Source of the DNA: Hemiscyllium ocellatum
Lineage: Eukaryota
Assembly: GCF_020745735.1 (NCBI RefSeq)
Contig: NW_026867526.1
Coordinates: 186,001 to 250,000, forward strand
DNA: 64,000 bases
Reading direction: 5' to 3'
Shown here: piece after piece, positions 11,831-24,877 of the stretch
How positions within the stretch are numbered: position 1 is the stretch's first letter
Layout of the letters: the number at the start of each line of letters is the position of its first letter
The notes under the pieces: generated by a model
Told to the model about the DNA's origin: nothing
Databases searched by the model: none
What the model saw: only the letters and a program-made list of their open reading frames with translations
Translations under genes and position numbers: made by a program

Positions 11831-13504
11831 TGAGGATAAAGGCTACACAGCAGGGTGTCCTTGGAGAAGGAGCATGTGGTGTGTATCAATGCTCTCGATG
11901 CCTTTAGATAGAGGTGGGCACTGCAGGGGATACAGTACTTTATCTCTGTCGCTGCCCCCTCCCCCCAACTCTACCTTGATTTACTCCCTTCTCACTTTGT
12001 CACTTGTGATGGTTTGTTTTGCCCGTAATGGGCTTTGTTTGTAAATATTCAATTGGTTACACGGCTGGTTTCCTGCTGGTGATTATATATTAACAAAAAC
12101 CAAAATGGCGTCATGATGATTTTGATGGTGGGAAAGTTGCTCAGCTGTGTGTGATAACACTTCTGGGTCGGAGAAATGGGGGGGAAAGAACACTTCACAG
12201 CTCACAGAACGGGAACTGAAAAGCAGTTCAATCAAACCAAAGGTTCAGACAGGGAAGGAATATTTCCCTGGAGTTTGAGTAACTGGGAAGTGATGGTGTC
12301 GGGAATAGACAGGATTTTGTTTTATAGGGCGTTTGAAATTTTAAAAACTATTATATTCAGATCATTTTGATTATTTTACTTTTATTTATTCTGGAATAAA
12401 CTTTAACACAAGGTTTACAAATTTGTTCTTTTTTAATGTAAAATACAAATATTAAATAAAATCCCTCAAACCTTTCCTCACTGAAAACTGATGTGGAAGT
12501 GTAATCTCCTGGAGAATCCCTGCCCTGCCTACATCTTCCTACCTGGGCTCCATGTCTATATACATACCTGGGAGATAGCAGCAGGAGGCTATTCGGCCTT
12601 TCAATCCTGCTCCACCAATCAATGGGAAACAGCTGACCATCCAGCTCAGTCTCCTGTTCCTGCTGGGTTCCAATCCCCTTAGAGATAGTTCTTCGAGGTA
12701 AGTTCATCAAAGTCCTCCTTTGGCTTCACTGCCTTTTGTTCCAGTGACGTTGCTGTGTTACTGTGTGGGTGTAGACAGGGGTAATGTGATGGTGCTGCCT
12801 CCTGGAGGATGCACTCAGCATCCCTCATCATCCCTCATCATCCTGCAGGAACATCAACTGGGTTTCAGCAACTAGAGATGGAAACCATTTCCAGGATATG
12901 GGCATCACTGGCTCAGCCAGCATTTATTCCCCATCTCTCGTTACCCTTGAGAAGATGGTAGTGAGCTGCTGTCTTGAACGATTCGCAGTCCATTTGGCGC
13001 AGATAGACCGACAATACTGGGAGGGAGAGTGTTGCAGGATTTTGTCCGATTAATTCTCAGTCTTTGGTTTGTCCAACGCTGGTTAAATTAATCATGATCT
13101 GCACATGATTTTGAGATTTCAGTCTGTGAATCTTCAACATCCAGCACCCTGTATAAAGGAATATGTACAGATTAGAAATTCAGAACAGAGAATTCTAGTT
13201 TCTCTGGAATATCTTTTTCCCCTTTCTTCCCCCAAAGCTGTAACCCTCCAGCCCACATACTCTCTCCCACCATTCAGACCCTGCTGTACACCCTCCCCAT
13301 TCTCATGGCTGATAAACATAGCCATACCACCACTTCCCATCCTGAGGAACCTTCAGTCTGGGAGAATGGGTCAGAGCCTTCTTTGTTTCCCATTGGTCGA
13401 TTCCCAGCATTATGACGCATTGGGGATGGAACTTGGTCCCACGTGGATGTGGTGACACCTTAACTCCCCGGCAGATCAATACTACAAGCAGATGTGTCCC
13501 TCTT

Positions 13505-13650
13505 CCAGCCAATCACAGTGTGAAATACTTTCTGCTAGTTACCCCAAAGCACATGTTCCAAAACCCGCCCACATTCTGCACATGTACAGTGCTGCGTTAC
13601 CCCACACAGGCCTGGTCCCTGCCTCTGGGATTGTGGGAGTTGTAGTTCCC
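13505..13650. promoter_or_regulatory. TATA-less promoter-like patch: CCAAT box, GC box and ZNF143/SBS-type ACTACAA-TCCCA motif
   Basis: agccaatca at 13507-13515; cccgccc at ~13564; minus strand of 13625-13648 reads gaactacaactcccacaatcccag. No associated intact gene seen. Confidence 0.6.
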
Positions 13651-13865
13651 AGGAAGCCACTGGAGCCCTGTCTCTGGAACGTGAATGAAAAGTGTGGGGT
13701 GGAGAGTGTGGGTATTGGATCCCCATTCAGACACGCAGGACATGTGAGCTGTCAATGGGTTTTGCTGAGACATCCACTTAGACAACCCAATTTCTGATGG
13801 AAGGAATATAGAATCAGCCAATTGCGGGTGGGAGGTTAATAAGGAGGAGCAGATTTTAAGCAGAG

Positions 13866-14190
13866 GTAGCTGAGTGGTTAGCACTGCTGCCTCACAGCAT
13901 CAGGGACCCAGGTTTGATTCCAGCCTTAGGCGACTGTGTGGAGTACACACGTTCTTCCCGCGTCTGCGTGGATTTTCTCTGGGTGCTCCAGTTTCCTCCC
14001 ACAGTCCAAAGACATGCAGGTTAGGTGGGTTGGCCATGCAAAATTGCCCAGTTTCCATGCATGTGCTGGTTAGGTCATTAGCCATGGGAAATGCAGAGTT
14101 ACAAGGAGTGGATGTGTCTGAATGGGATGCTCATCATAGGGTTGGTGTGGACTCTATGGACAAATACCCTCCCTCTGCACTGTAGGGATT
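13866..14190 (+). mobile_element. V-SINE, diverged copy
   Basis: gtagctgagtggttagcactgctgcctcacagc head, ggtttgattcc box B, V-domain and tail homologous to 6214-6522. Confidence 0.85.
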
Positions 14191-15344
14191 CGATTCTATT
14201 CTCATGGAGAAGAATGTATCTATCTCAATGTGTTGTGAATCTGTGGAATTCCCTATTCAAAATGCAGTGGATGCCAGGACAATGAGCAAACTTAATGAAG
14301 AGATACAGATTTGTAATTTGCAACTAGTTGAAGGGTGAGAGAGAGCAGGCGGGAAAATCCAGCTGAGACTGAGGTTTTACCATATTAAATAATCATCATA
14401 TTAAATGGGGGAGCTGGTTCGAAGGGCTGCATTGCCTCTCCTGTGCCCAGTCCTTATCTTCTCACGGTAATAACTGGAAAGCTGAATCCAAAACTCACAA
14501 CTTTCACCCAAGGAGATTTTTGTTAAAAGCAGGATAGTCAGGTGGATTAGCAATTCAAACTTAGATAATGAGGAAGCTTCTAGGAGATAATGATTTTGCA
14601 ATTTTAAACCAGGGGAGACGGTAATTTATACTTTTAGTCTGTGTAGTACATTCACAGCATCCAGAATAATTTGTTGAGAATATCTATCCTACACTTTCTT
14701 ACAAAGCCAAGGTCTGTGATAATGAAAACCAAAAGACCCAGAAAACATCACCTCACCTCATTATGTGACAATAGATTGTGATAAGTCTGGATGAATTTAG
14801 AACACAGATGGAAAGCGGGAAGATTAAATCCAATCCCAAGATCCTGTGCTTAAACAAAGGAGACAACAATAGGATGAGGGAGGAGTTGGCGAATGTAGAC
14901 TGGAAGCAAAGACTTTCCGATGGGACAGTTGACAGACAGTGGAGGAATATCAAAGGAATTTTTCAAAGTGTTTAGAAAAAGTATATATCAGTCAAAAAGA
15001 AGAAATGTAGGAGAAGGAGTAATCTGCCATGTGTGTCTAAGGAAATAAAAGGTATACAAATTGGCAAAGACCAGCGAGAAACGAGGAGATTAGAAAAACA
15101 TAAAAGATCAACAGAAGGATGGATGGGATTGGGGGGAGAAAGTGATGAGTAGCTATCCATAGGGCCGGAATAGCAGCTTACACTGCTAGTGGGGAAATTA
15201 TTGTATGGGAACATATGGCCTCTAATTGTTGAAGCACTTTACTGTTACCATAGAGATAATCCTGACAAAGCTAAAAATCACAGCACACTCCGAAAGCTTG
15301 TACTTCCAAATAAGCCTGTTGGATTATAACCTAATGATGTGTGG

Positions 15345-18240
15345 TTTTCAGGCTGGAGGTCTGTGACCAGTGCAGTGCCACAAGGATTAGAACATAGAAC
15401 ATAGAACATAGAAGGATACAGCGCAGTACAGGCCCTTCGGCCCTCGATGTTGCGCCGACCGAGTCCTACCTAACCTATACTAGCCCAATAACTTCCAAAT
15501 GCCTATCCAATGCCCGCTTAAATGAACATAAAGAAGGAGAGTTCACCACTGATACGGGCAGGGCATTCCATGAACTCACAACCCGCTGTGTGAAGAATCT
15601 ACCCCTAACATCTGTCCTATACCTACCACCCCTTAATTTAAAGCTATGTCCCCTAGTAACACCTGACTCCATTAGCGGTAAAAGGTTCTTAGTATCTACC
15701 CTATCTAAACCCCTAATCATCTTATACACTTCTATCAGATCTCCCCTAAACCTTCTCTTCTCCAATGAGAACAGCCCCAAGTGCCTCAGCCTTTCCTCAT
15801 AAGATTTTCCTACCATTCCAGGCAACATCCTGGTAAACCTCCTCTGCACTCGTTCTAAAGCTTCCACATCCTTCCTATAGTATGGCGACCAAAACTGCAC
15901 ACAATACTCCAGATGAGGCCTCACCAGAGTCTTATACAACTGCAACATGACCTCAGGACTCCGGAACTCAATTCCTCTGCCAATAAAGCCCAGTACACCA
16001 TATGCCTTCCTCACAGCACTATTTACCTGGGTGGCAACTTTCAGAGATCTGTGTACATGGACACCAAGATCCCTCTGCTCATCCACACTACCAAGTAGCC
16101 TACCATTAGCCCAGTAATCCAACATCTTGTTATTCCTACTAAAGTGAACGACTTCGCACTTAGCTACATTGAATTCCATTTGCCACATTTCCGCCCAGCT
16201 CTGCAACTTATCTATATCCCGCTGTAACCTACCACTTCCTTCCTCACTATCCACAACTCCACCGACTTTCGTGTCATCCGCAAACTTGCTTACCCAGCTT
16301 TCAAGTCCTTCCTCTAGATCATTTATAAAGATAACAAAAAGCAATGGTCCCAAAACAGATCCTTGTGGTACACCGCTAGTAACTTCGCTCCAAGATGAAC
16401 ATAATCCATCAACTACTACCCTCTGTCTCCTTCCAGCCAGCCAATTCCTAATCCAAACCTCTAATGTATCCTCAATGCCATACCTCCGAAGTTTTAGCAT
16501 TAGCCTACCATGGGGAACCTTATCGAACACCTTACTAAAATCCATATACACAACATCTACTGCTTTACCCTCATCCACTTCCATAGTCACCTTCTCAAAG
16601 AACTCAATAAGGTTTGTGAGGCACGACCTGCCCTTCACAAAACCATGCTGGCTATCCCTGATCACGTTATTCCTACCCAGATGTTCATAAATCTTATCCC
16701 TTACCATTCTCTCTAAGACTTTGCCCACCACTGAAGTCAGACTCACTGGCCTATAGTTACTAGGGCTATCCCTACTCCCTTTCTTGAACAATGGGACCAC
16801 ATTCGCTATCCTCCAGTCCTCTGGTACTATTCCCGTTGACAATGACGACATAAAAATCCAGGCCAATGGCTCTGCTATCTCCTCCCTAGCTTCCCATAGG
16901 ATCCTGGGGTAAATGCCATCAGGCCCAGGAGACTTATCTATATTCATCCTTTCCAATATTCCCAAAACCTCTTCCCTGCATATTTCCAGGGCATCCATTC
17001 TAATTATTTGTGATTCCATATTCACATCAGCAACAGTGTCCTGTTCCTGAGTGAATACTGATGAAAAGTACTGATTTAATGTCTCTCCAATCTCCTCCGC
17101 CTCCACACACAACTTCCCACTACTATCCTTGACTGGACCGATACCTACCCTAGTCATCCTTTTATTCTTGACATACCTATAGAAAGCCTTTGGGTTTTCC
17201 CTAATCCTACCAGCTAAAGACTTTTCATGTCCCCTTCTCGCTTTTCTTAGCTCCCTCTTTAGCTCCTTCCTGGCTACCTTATAACTCTCAATCGCCCCTA
17301 CTGAACCTTCACGCCTCATCTTTACATATGCCACCTTCTTCCCTTTCACAAGGGACTCCAATTCCTTACTAAACCACGGCTGCCTCACAAGGCCCTTTAC
17401 ACCATGCCTGACTGGTACATACCTATCGAGGACACGCAGTAGCTGCTCCTTGAACAATCCCCACATCTCATTAGTGTTCTTCTCCTGAAGCCTGTTTTTC
17501 CAATCCACACAACCTAAGTCATGCCTCACTGCATCATAATTTCCCTGCCCCCAGCTATAGCTCTTGCCCTGCTGCGCACGATTATCCCTCTCCATCACTA
17601 AAGTAAAAGTCACCGAGTTGTGGTCACTGTCCCCGAAGTGCTCACCTACCTCCAAGTCTAACACCTGGCCTGGTTCATTACCTAGAACCAAATCCAATAT
17701 AGCCTCCCCTCTTGTTGGCCTGTCGACATATTGTGTCAGGAAACCCTCCTGCACACATTGTACAAACACCGACCCATCTAATGAACTCGAGCTATAGCTC
17801 TCCCAGTCAATATCTGGGAAGTTAAAGTCCCCCATAACAACCACCCTGCTACCTTCACTCTTTTCCTGAATCATCCTCGCAATATTATCCTCTACTTCTC
17901 TAGGACTATTAGGAGGCCTGTAGAAAACACCTAACAGGGTGACCTCACCTTTCCTATTTCTAACCTCAGCCCAAACTACCTCAGATGGCAAGTAGTGGAT
18001 TGGTGCTGGATCCACTACTTTTCCTCATTGATATCAATGATTTGGACGTGAACATAAGTTATTAAGTTTGTACATGACACCAAAATTGGAGGTGTAGTGG
18101 GCAGTGAAAAAGATCACCTCAGAGTACAACTGGATCTTGATCAGATGGGTGAATGGGCTGAGGTGTGGCAGATGGAGTTCATTGAAAGTAGAGTCGCAGT
18201 TTGACAGGTTAGTGAAGAAGGCAGTTATTCTGCTTTCCTT
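15345..18240 (+). mobile_element. Older CR1 RT fragment split by the young antisense CR1 (pieces 15345-15388 and 18001-18240)
   Basis: Joining ...gtgaccagtgcagtgccacaaggat to tggtgctggatccactacttttcctcattgatatcaatgatttgg restores WRSVTSAVPQGLVLDPLLFLIDINDLD. Confidence 0.85.
15389..17989 (-). mobile_element. Young 5'-truncated CR1 LINE with uninterrupted ORF2 (C-terminal APE endonuclease plus RT)
   Basis: ORF 15475-18015 is open for 846 aa: GDFNFP, AILDLVL, SDHNSV (endonuclease); [38 protein letters not shown] (RT). (ctatgtt)n tail at 15389-15413. The first ~9 codons of the listed ORF come from flanking DNA. Confidence 0.97.
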
Positions 18241-18594
18241 TACTTGATGGTATTCCAAAATTGGCTGAGCCAATAAACTGAACAACCAAAACATGATCTC
18301 CCAACTGCTATACTCAGTGCACTGCTCAATAACAGCTAGCATACCAAACACCACCTTCACTGACCTGTCTACCTTCAACCATACTTTCAAGGAACTATCA
18401 ATCCACACTCGAAGGTCTACTTGTCTGTCAACACTTCCCAGGAACTTGCCATTATGAGGTTGAGTCCTATCCCGGTAACATCTTTCCGAAATCATGAAGA
18501 ATACAATTGAATGCAGTATTCTAAGGTTGGCCTCACCAATGCCCTATACAGCTACAACATGACCTCCTAACTCCTATACTCAGTGACAGAATCC

Positions 18595-18800
18595 CTACAG
18601 CGTTGAAAGAGGCCATTCAGTCCATGAGACCTTACCAACCATTGAACAGCTTCCATGTAACCGTGCATTTCCCACAGCTAACCCACCTAACGCACACATC
18701 TTTGGATTGTCGGAGGAAACCAGAGCACCCAGAGGAAGCCCACGCACACACACACAGGGCGAGTGTGCAAATACCACACAGAGACTGGAATCGAACCAGA
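18595..18800 (-). mobile_element. V-SINE fragment
   Basis: Reverse complement contains ggttcgattcc box B and the V-domain. Confidence 0.8.
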
Positions 18801-19929
18801 GTCCCTTTACTGAACAGTGTCCCAAATACCATGTTCAACATCTGATCTCCCCGAAACTATGCAGTTGTTCTGAGCTCTTCAGAGGGATTTCAGGGACGGG
18901 GAGAAAACAGGAACAGTGTTGAGGTATAGATCTATAAAATAACTCTCCATCCCGCCTCTCCCACTCTGTTGCCCCCTGTCTGCTCCCCCCCACCATGTTC
19001 CCCATAGCCCCCCTCGCTGTCTGCCTCCTCAGACCACCTGCCCCCCTCTGTCCCCCTGCTCCCTCTGTCTGCCCTGTCCAGCCTCTCTGTCCATCCCCCC
19101 ACTGTACTCCCATCTCCCCCCTCACCCCCCATTCCCCACACTCCTTGTCCCCTAGTTCTGAACTCCCCACCACAGGAAAAGACCTTGTCTATTTCCCCTA
19201 TCCATACCCCTCCTGATTTTACAAATCTCTATAAGGTCACCCATCAGCCTCTGATGCTCCAGGGAAAACAGCCTATTCAGCCTCTTCCTGGAGCTCAAAT
19301 CCTCCAACCCTGGTAACATCCTCACAATTATTTTCTGAACCCTTTCCATTTGGAGAATATCATTTTGTTAGGAAGGAGACCAGAGTTGCATGGAACATTC
19401 CAAAAGTTGCCTAACCAATGTCCTGAGCAGCTGCAATATGACCTCCCGATCCCTACGCTCAACTCTCTGACCAATAAAGGAAAGCATACCAAAACCGAAA
19501 CAACTGCAGATGCTGTAAACCATAAGAAAAAGAAGTTTCTGGAAAAGCTTGACAAAAATGTAGCATCTGTGAAGAGAAATTTGAGTTAACGTTTCTGAGA
19601 AAGGGTGACCGGACCCAAAACATTAGCTGACTTTTCTTGACAGATGCTGCATGGCCTGCTGAGCATTTCCAACAACATCTGTGCAAGTTTAAAGGGAGTT
19701 GTGTCAGGCAGGTTTCTTGTGCAGAAGGTGGTAAGTGATTACAACATACTCTCCTGGGAGAAGGTGAAAGCAGAAACAATCACAACGTTCAAGAGGCATT
19801 TGGGCAGACACATAAGCAGGCAAGGGTTGGTAGGGATATGGATCATATACAGGCAGATGGAATTAGTTTGGAATAGCACTATGATCCGCACACAGTGGGC
19901 CAATTATTCAGGTGCTGTACTGTTGTTTT

Positions 19930-20870
19930 CCGTGGCTAGAATGTTTTTTTGGAAGAAGTAACAAAGAGGATTGATGAGGGAAGTGCGGTGGACATGATCT
20001 ACATGGACTTCAGTAAGGCGTTCGGCAAGATTCCCATGGGAGACGGTTAGCAAGGTTAGATCTCATGGAATACAGGGAGAACTAGCCATTTGGATACAGA
20101 ACTGACTCAAACGTAGAAAGCAGAGGGTGGTGGTGGAGGGTTGCTTTTCAGACTGCAGGCCTGTGACCAGTGGAGTGTCACAAGGATCGGTGCTGGGTCC
20201 ACTTCTTCTCGTCATTTATATAAGCGATTGGGATGTGAACATAGGAGGTGTTAGTAATTTTGCACATGACACCAAAATTGGAGGTGTAGTGGACAGTGAA
20301 AAAGCTGACCTCAGAATACAATGGGACATTAATCTGATGGGCGAATGGGCTGAGGAGTGGCAGATGGAGTTTAGTTTAGAAAAACGTGTGGTGCTGCATT
20401 TTGGAAACGCAAATCTTAGCAGGTCTTATACACTTCATGGTAAGGTCCTCGGGAGCAGTGAGACAGGTCTCTGCACAAAGAGACCTTGGAGTGCAGGTTC
20501 ATAGCTCCTTGAAAGTGGAATCACAGGTAGATAGGATAGTGAAGAGGACTTTTAGTATGCTTTCCTTGAAAGGCCAGAGCATTGAGTATAGGAGTTGGGA
20601 GCTCATATTGAGGTTGCAAAGGACATTGGTTAGACCACATTTGGAATATTCCGTGCAATTCTGGTCTCCGTCCTATCAAAACAATATTGTGAAACTTGAA
20701 AGGCGTCAGAAAACGATTACATGGATGTTACCGGGATTGGAGTATTTGAGATATAGGGAGAGGTTGAATAGGCTGTTTTCCCTGAAGCATCAGAGGCTGA
20801 GGGGTGACCTTTTAGGAGGTTTATAAAATCAGGAGGGACAGGTATAGGGTTAATAGACAAGGTCTTTTCC
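19930..20870 (+). mobile_element. CR1 LINE RT fragment, frameshifted
   Basis: ORFs 20127-20504 ([22 protein letters not shown]) and 20386-20826 ([19 protein letters not shown]) overlap in different frames. Confidence 0.9.
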
Positions 20871-21193
20871 CAGCAATGTTGGGGTTGGGGAGGGGGGGGG
20901 AAAGAGTAGAGGGGGGGAAGACAGTTATTTTATGGATCTACAACTCAACCCTGTTTTCTCCGCATCCCCTTCAATCCCTCTGAAGGGCTCAGAACAATTG
21001 CATAGTTCCTCGGAAGTGGAGTTTCAGGGAGATCAGGTGCTGAAGGTTGCATTTGGGACGCTGACCTGTATTGGTCAGTGCACTGATCAACAAGAGGACC
21101 CGGATTCGATTCCACTCTCTGTGTGGTGATTGCACATTCTCCCTGTGTGTGTTTGCGTGGGCTTCCATTCTGTGCCTGTTTTCATTCCAGACA

Positions 21194-21521
21194 CTACTAT
21201 TATAGGACAAGCCAAACAGAGGACAGCCAGGGAATTCCTAGAGGCATAGCACTCATCCACAGATTCAATCAATAAGTACATCGATCTGGACCCAATATAC
21301 TGGCCACTGCAACGGACAGCTGGAACTGACAACTGGAAGCAGCAGATTCAAACCACTACAAATGCTGAAGGAAAGATCACAGAAGCGCTTCACAGGAGGC
21401 TCCCAAGCACTGAGGATGTCACCTAGACAGGGGACAAAACGTCTGCAACACAAATTCCCAGCTCGGCGATCAGAACCACAACAACGAGCACCCGAGCTAC
21501 AAATCTTCTCACAAAATTTGA
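21194..21521 (+). mobile_element. 5'-truncated Penelope-like element (a further family) with 10-bp TSD and a mutated hammerhead motif
   Basis: attccagaca at 21184-21193 and 21522-21531; encodes IIGQAKQRTAREFLEA*HSSTDSINKYIDLDPIY (GIY-YIG PLE C-terminus); gca-CTGAGGA-T-GTC...GAC-AAAA-CGTC-tgc at 21407-21446 (GAAA changed to AAAA). Confidence 0.78.
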
Positions 21522-22229
21522 ATTCCAGACATCTCTATGACTCTGTTTTGCTAAAGTTGAAGGGTTTCAGAAAATATCTACAAGGTTATTGTTAGGGCTG
21601 TGGAGTTAAAGGGTGAGGCTGTATAGGCTGGGGCTTTTCCCCTGGAGCGTCAGAGACTGAGGGGCTACCTTATTAGAGGAGCACAGATAGGGTGAATAGT
21701 CAAGGACTTGTTTCCACCCAGTGTCGGGGAGTTCAAAACTAGAGGGCATTGGGTTTAAGGTGAGAGGGGAAAGAGTGAAAAGGGACCTGAGGGACAAACG
21801 TTTCCCTCGCAGGTTGCTGTGTGTATGGAATGAGCTGCCAGAGGAGTAATGAATGCATGGAGGGTTACAACATTAAAAGGCGTCTGGAGGGATACATGAA
21901 TAGAAAGTGTTCAGAGTGATATCGGCCAACTCTCCCAAATGGGACTGGATCACTTTCGGATATCTGATAGACATGGACGGGTTGGACTGAAGGGTGTGTT
22001 TCATGCTGTATCACTCTCTGACTCAAAGTGCTTCAGCAAAATGGTGGAAATCTACAATAAAAACACAACGTGCTGGAGATCCTCAGCAGGTCGGGCAGCA
22101 TCTGAAATGGTGACAGATGCAGGAAACATTGCTGATTCCCACCATTTTGCTGAAGCACTTAGAGACAGAGAGCTGTACAGCTCCAGATTTTGTTGACTCT
22201 GATTCCTGGGATGGCAGGACTGATGGATG

Positions 22230-23000
22230 AAGAGGGACTCAATACTCGTTTAATCCTCCTTTCCTTTGGCTTTCTGAGCCGCTGACTACATCACTGATAT
22301 TCTCCCTCCCATTCCCTGACCTGAGGCTGACCCATCGAAGCCTACACTTTAGTTCCCATCCCCCTGCCAGGTTAGTTACAACCTCACCGATGAAACTGGC
22401 AAAAGCCCCCATGAGGAGATTTCTCCCAGCTCTGCCCAGGGGTAACCAGTCAGGCTGGTATAGGTCCCACCTAACCCAGAAACAGTCCCAGTGCCTGAAG
22501 AATCTAAACCCTTCTCTGGTACACCATTTGCCCAGCCACACATCCAGCTGATCTATCCTCTTATTCCTGCTCTCACGAGCACATGGCACTTTCCTCCCAC
22601 TCTGTGCAGCACAGCTCTCTGTGGTGTCATGACCCTGGCTGTTGCTGATTTCCCCTGAGAGGCCACCCCACCCGTAACCCCCCATAACAGAATCCCAAGC
22701 GGGATACGGTATCTGTTTGGGAAGGGGATGACCACTGAGGACTCCTGCACTCCCTTCCTGAGCCTTTTGCTTGATCTGATGGTGACCCATTCCCTTTCTG
22801 CCTGTGTAACCCTCACCTGCAGTGTGACTAACTCACTAAACATGCTGTCCAAAACATTCTCAGGATTGCAGATGCTCCAGTGAGTCCACTCACAGCTCCA
22901 GGTCTGAAAAGCAGTTTCCCAGTAACACTTCCTGCACAGAGAGCCGTCAGGGACACTGGAAGTGCCCCTTATTTCCCACATTGTACAAGAGGAGCACAGC
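22230..23000 (-). mobile_element. CR1 ORF1 remnant (N-terminal Cys cluster plus SGNH esterase-like domain)
   Basis: ORF 22553-23041 has CSSCTMWE..LCRKC; ORF 22239-22790 has WLGKWCTREGFRFFRHWDCFW..WDLYQPDWLPL..G, the esterase segment typical of CR1 ORF1; frameshifted. Confidence 0.8.
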
Positions 23001-23559
23001 ACAGTCTGAGGGCTCCTGTCACAACCTCTCCCTAGATTCATCTCGTTACTCCCAGAGTGGAGCCAAACCCTCCCAGTCTACATTTGATCCGGTTTCTGCT
23101 GCCCCGCCCCCCTTTCCCGTTTCCTCCTCCTGCAAACACCAAGGGTCCAGTGACCCTTCCTCAGAACCGATGACAGCTGGGAAATTAGAATCCCGACAGT
23201 GTGGAAACTGGCCCTTCGGCCCAACAATTCCACACCCACCCTCTGAAGTTTATCCCACACAGCCCCATTTCCCCGGACTAATGCACATCCCTGAACACTT
23301 TGGGAAATTTAGCTGGGCTAATTCACCGAACCTGCACATCTTTGGACTACAGGAGATAGGGGTTAAAGAGTAAATAATAGTTGGGGACAGAGCCCAAAGA
23401 GAGACAGGAACATTTGGAAAGACAAAGCAGTGGATAATGATCCGGCTGGGAGGGTGCATAGCTGTTAATGGAGGAGACAGGAACCTGTGTCTGGCAGCAT
23501 CTCAGTGGAGGTGCTGGAAATGGTGGCTGATGATCTACGTTCTGCTGCAAAAAAGACCA

Positions 23560-24715
23560 TGAGCTTCCAGTTGCTCGCCACTTTAACACACGAGCCTGTT
23601 CCCTGGCCAACATCTCTGTCTCAGGCTTACTGCAGTGTTCCAGTGAAGCTTGATGCAAGCTGGCAGAACACTCCAGAACATACCAAATGGCCTCCAATTT
23701 CAAGGACTGCAATTTCCCCTCCCATATGGTCATCAATACCCTCCAGTGTATCTCCTCCACTTCCTGCATCTCTGCTCTTGAACCCCAACACCTCCAACCG
23801 CAACAAGGATGGAATCCCTCTAGTCCTCACCTTCCACCCAGATACAACACATCATCCTCCACCATTTCCACCACCTACAATCAGACCCCACCAGAGATAT
23901 ATTTCCCTCCTCACCCCTTTCAGCATTCCACAGAGATCATTCTCTCTGAGACTCCCTCATTAGATCCATGCTCCCCACCAACCCATCCTCCACTCCCGGC
24001 ACCTTCGCTTGCCACTGCAAGAAGTGTAAAACCTGTGCCCACACCTTCCCCTCACCTCCTTCCAAGGCACCACAGGATCCTCCCACATCCAACAGAGATT
24101 TCCCTGCCCATCCAAACACCTCACCTATTGTGTCCGTTGCTCTCTATGTGGTCTCCTCTACACTGGGGAGTTAGGACGCCAACTTGTGGAATATTTCAGG
24201 GAGCATTTCTGGGACACATGCACCAACCAATCCCACCGCCCTGTGGCCGACCACATCAGCTACCCACCCCCGCCAACACGCTGCCAAGGACATGCAAGTC
24301 CCAGATGTCCTCCACCCCCAAATTTGAGCCACCCGAGGCCTGGAGGAACAACACCTCATCTTCCACCTTGGGACCTTTCAACCACACGGCATCAATGTTT
24401 CCTCGTCTCCCCTCCCCCACCTTATCCCAGATTCAACCCTCCAACTCGGCACTGGCCTCTTGAACTGTCCCACCTGTCCATCTTCCTTTCCAATTATCCA
24501 CTACATCCTCTCACCACTACCCCTCCATCTACATCTACCTGTTGCCTTCCTAACTCCCTTCCCCCAACCCCACACACCCCTCCCTATTTATCTCTCAGCC
24601 CTCTCTTCCCCCGCCACCCATATTTCTGGTGAAGTGCTTATATGCCCAATACGTCGATTCTCCTGTTCTTTGGATGCTGCCTGACCTGCTGTGCTTTTCC
24701 AGCGCCACAATTTAA
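23560..24715 (+). mobile_element. Penelope-like element 3' part: RT linker, GIY-YIG endonuclease remnant and pLTR
   Basis: Pieces MASNFKDCNFPSHMV, NRNKDGIPLVLTFHP, PGTFACHCKKCKTC, CGLLYTGELGRQLVEYFREH and HRPVADH across frames; degraded hammerhead ctggtgaagtgctta...acgtcgattc at ~24626-24660. Confidence 0.85.
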
Positions 24716-24877
24716 AGCAAGCTAGAAAAACAACACCTCATCTCCCACTCGGGGACCCTGCAATCCTCTGGCTTCAACATCGAATTCAATAATTTTATGT
24801 TCTGAATGCTCCCACGTCCTAGTTTCTTTGCCCCCTACCCCACATACCAGGCCTTGTTATTACATTGGAGAAAGTGA

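Noticed and set aside
12060-12101. Perfect RSS nonamer ACAAAAACC at 12093-12101
   Set aside because: No CACAGTG-like heptamer at 12 or 22/23 nt spacing (nearest CAC start gives a 26-nt spacer) and no V/D/J coding sequence next to it.
13514-13552. RSS heptamer CACAGTG at 13514-13520 (also 36960-36966)
   Set aside because: No acceptable nonamer at 12 or 22/23 nt; chance 7-mers inside promoter-like DNA.
17990-18015. Start codon of the 846-aa ORF (MDPAPIHYL)
   Set aside because: These codons derive from host flank and the fold-back junction; the LINE is 5'-truncated and has no native start.
18932-19216. Gly/Pro-rich ORFs on both strands
   Set aside because: Translation of a low-complexity polypyrimidine/polypurine tract.
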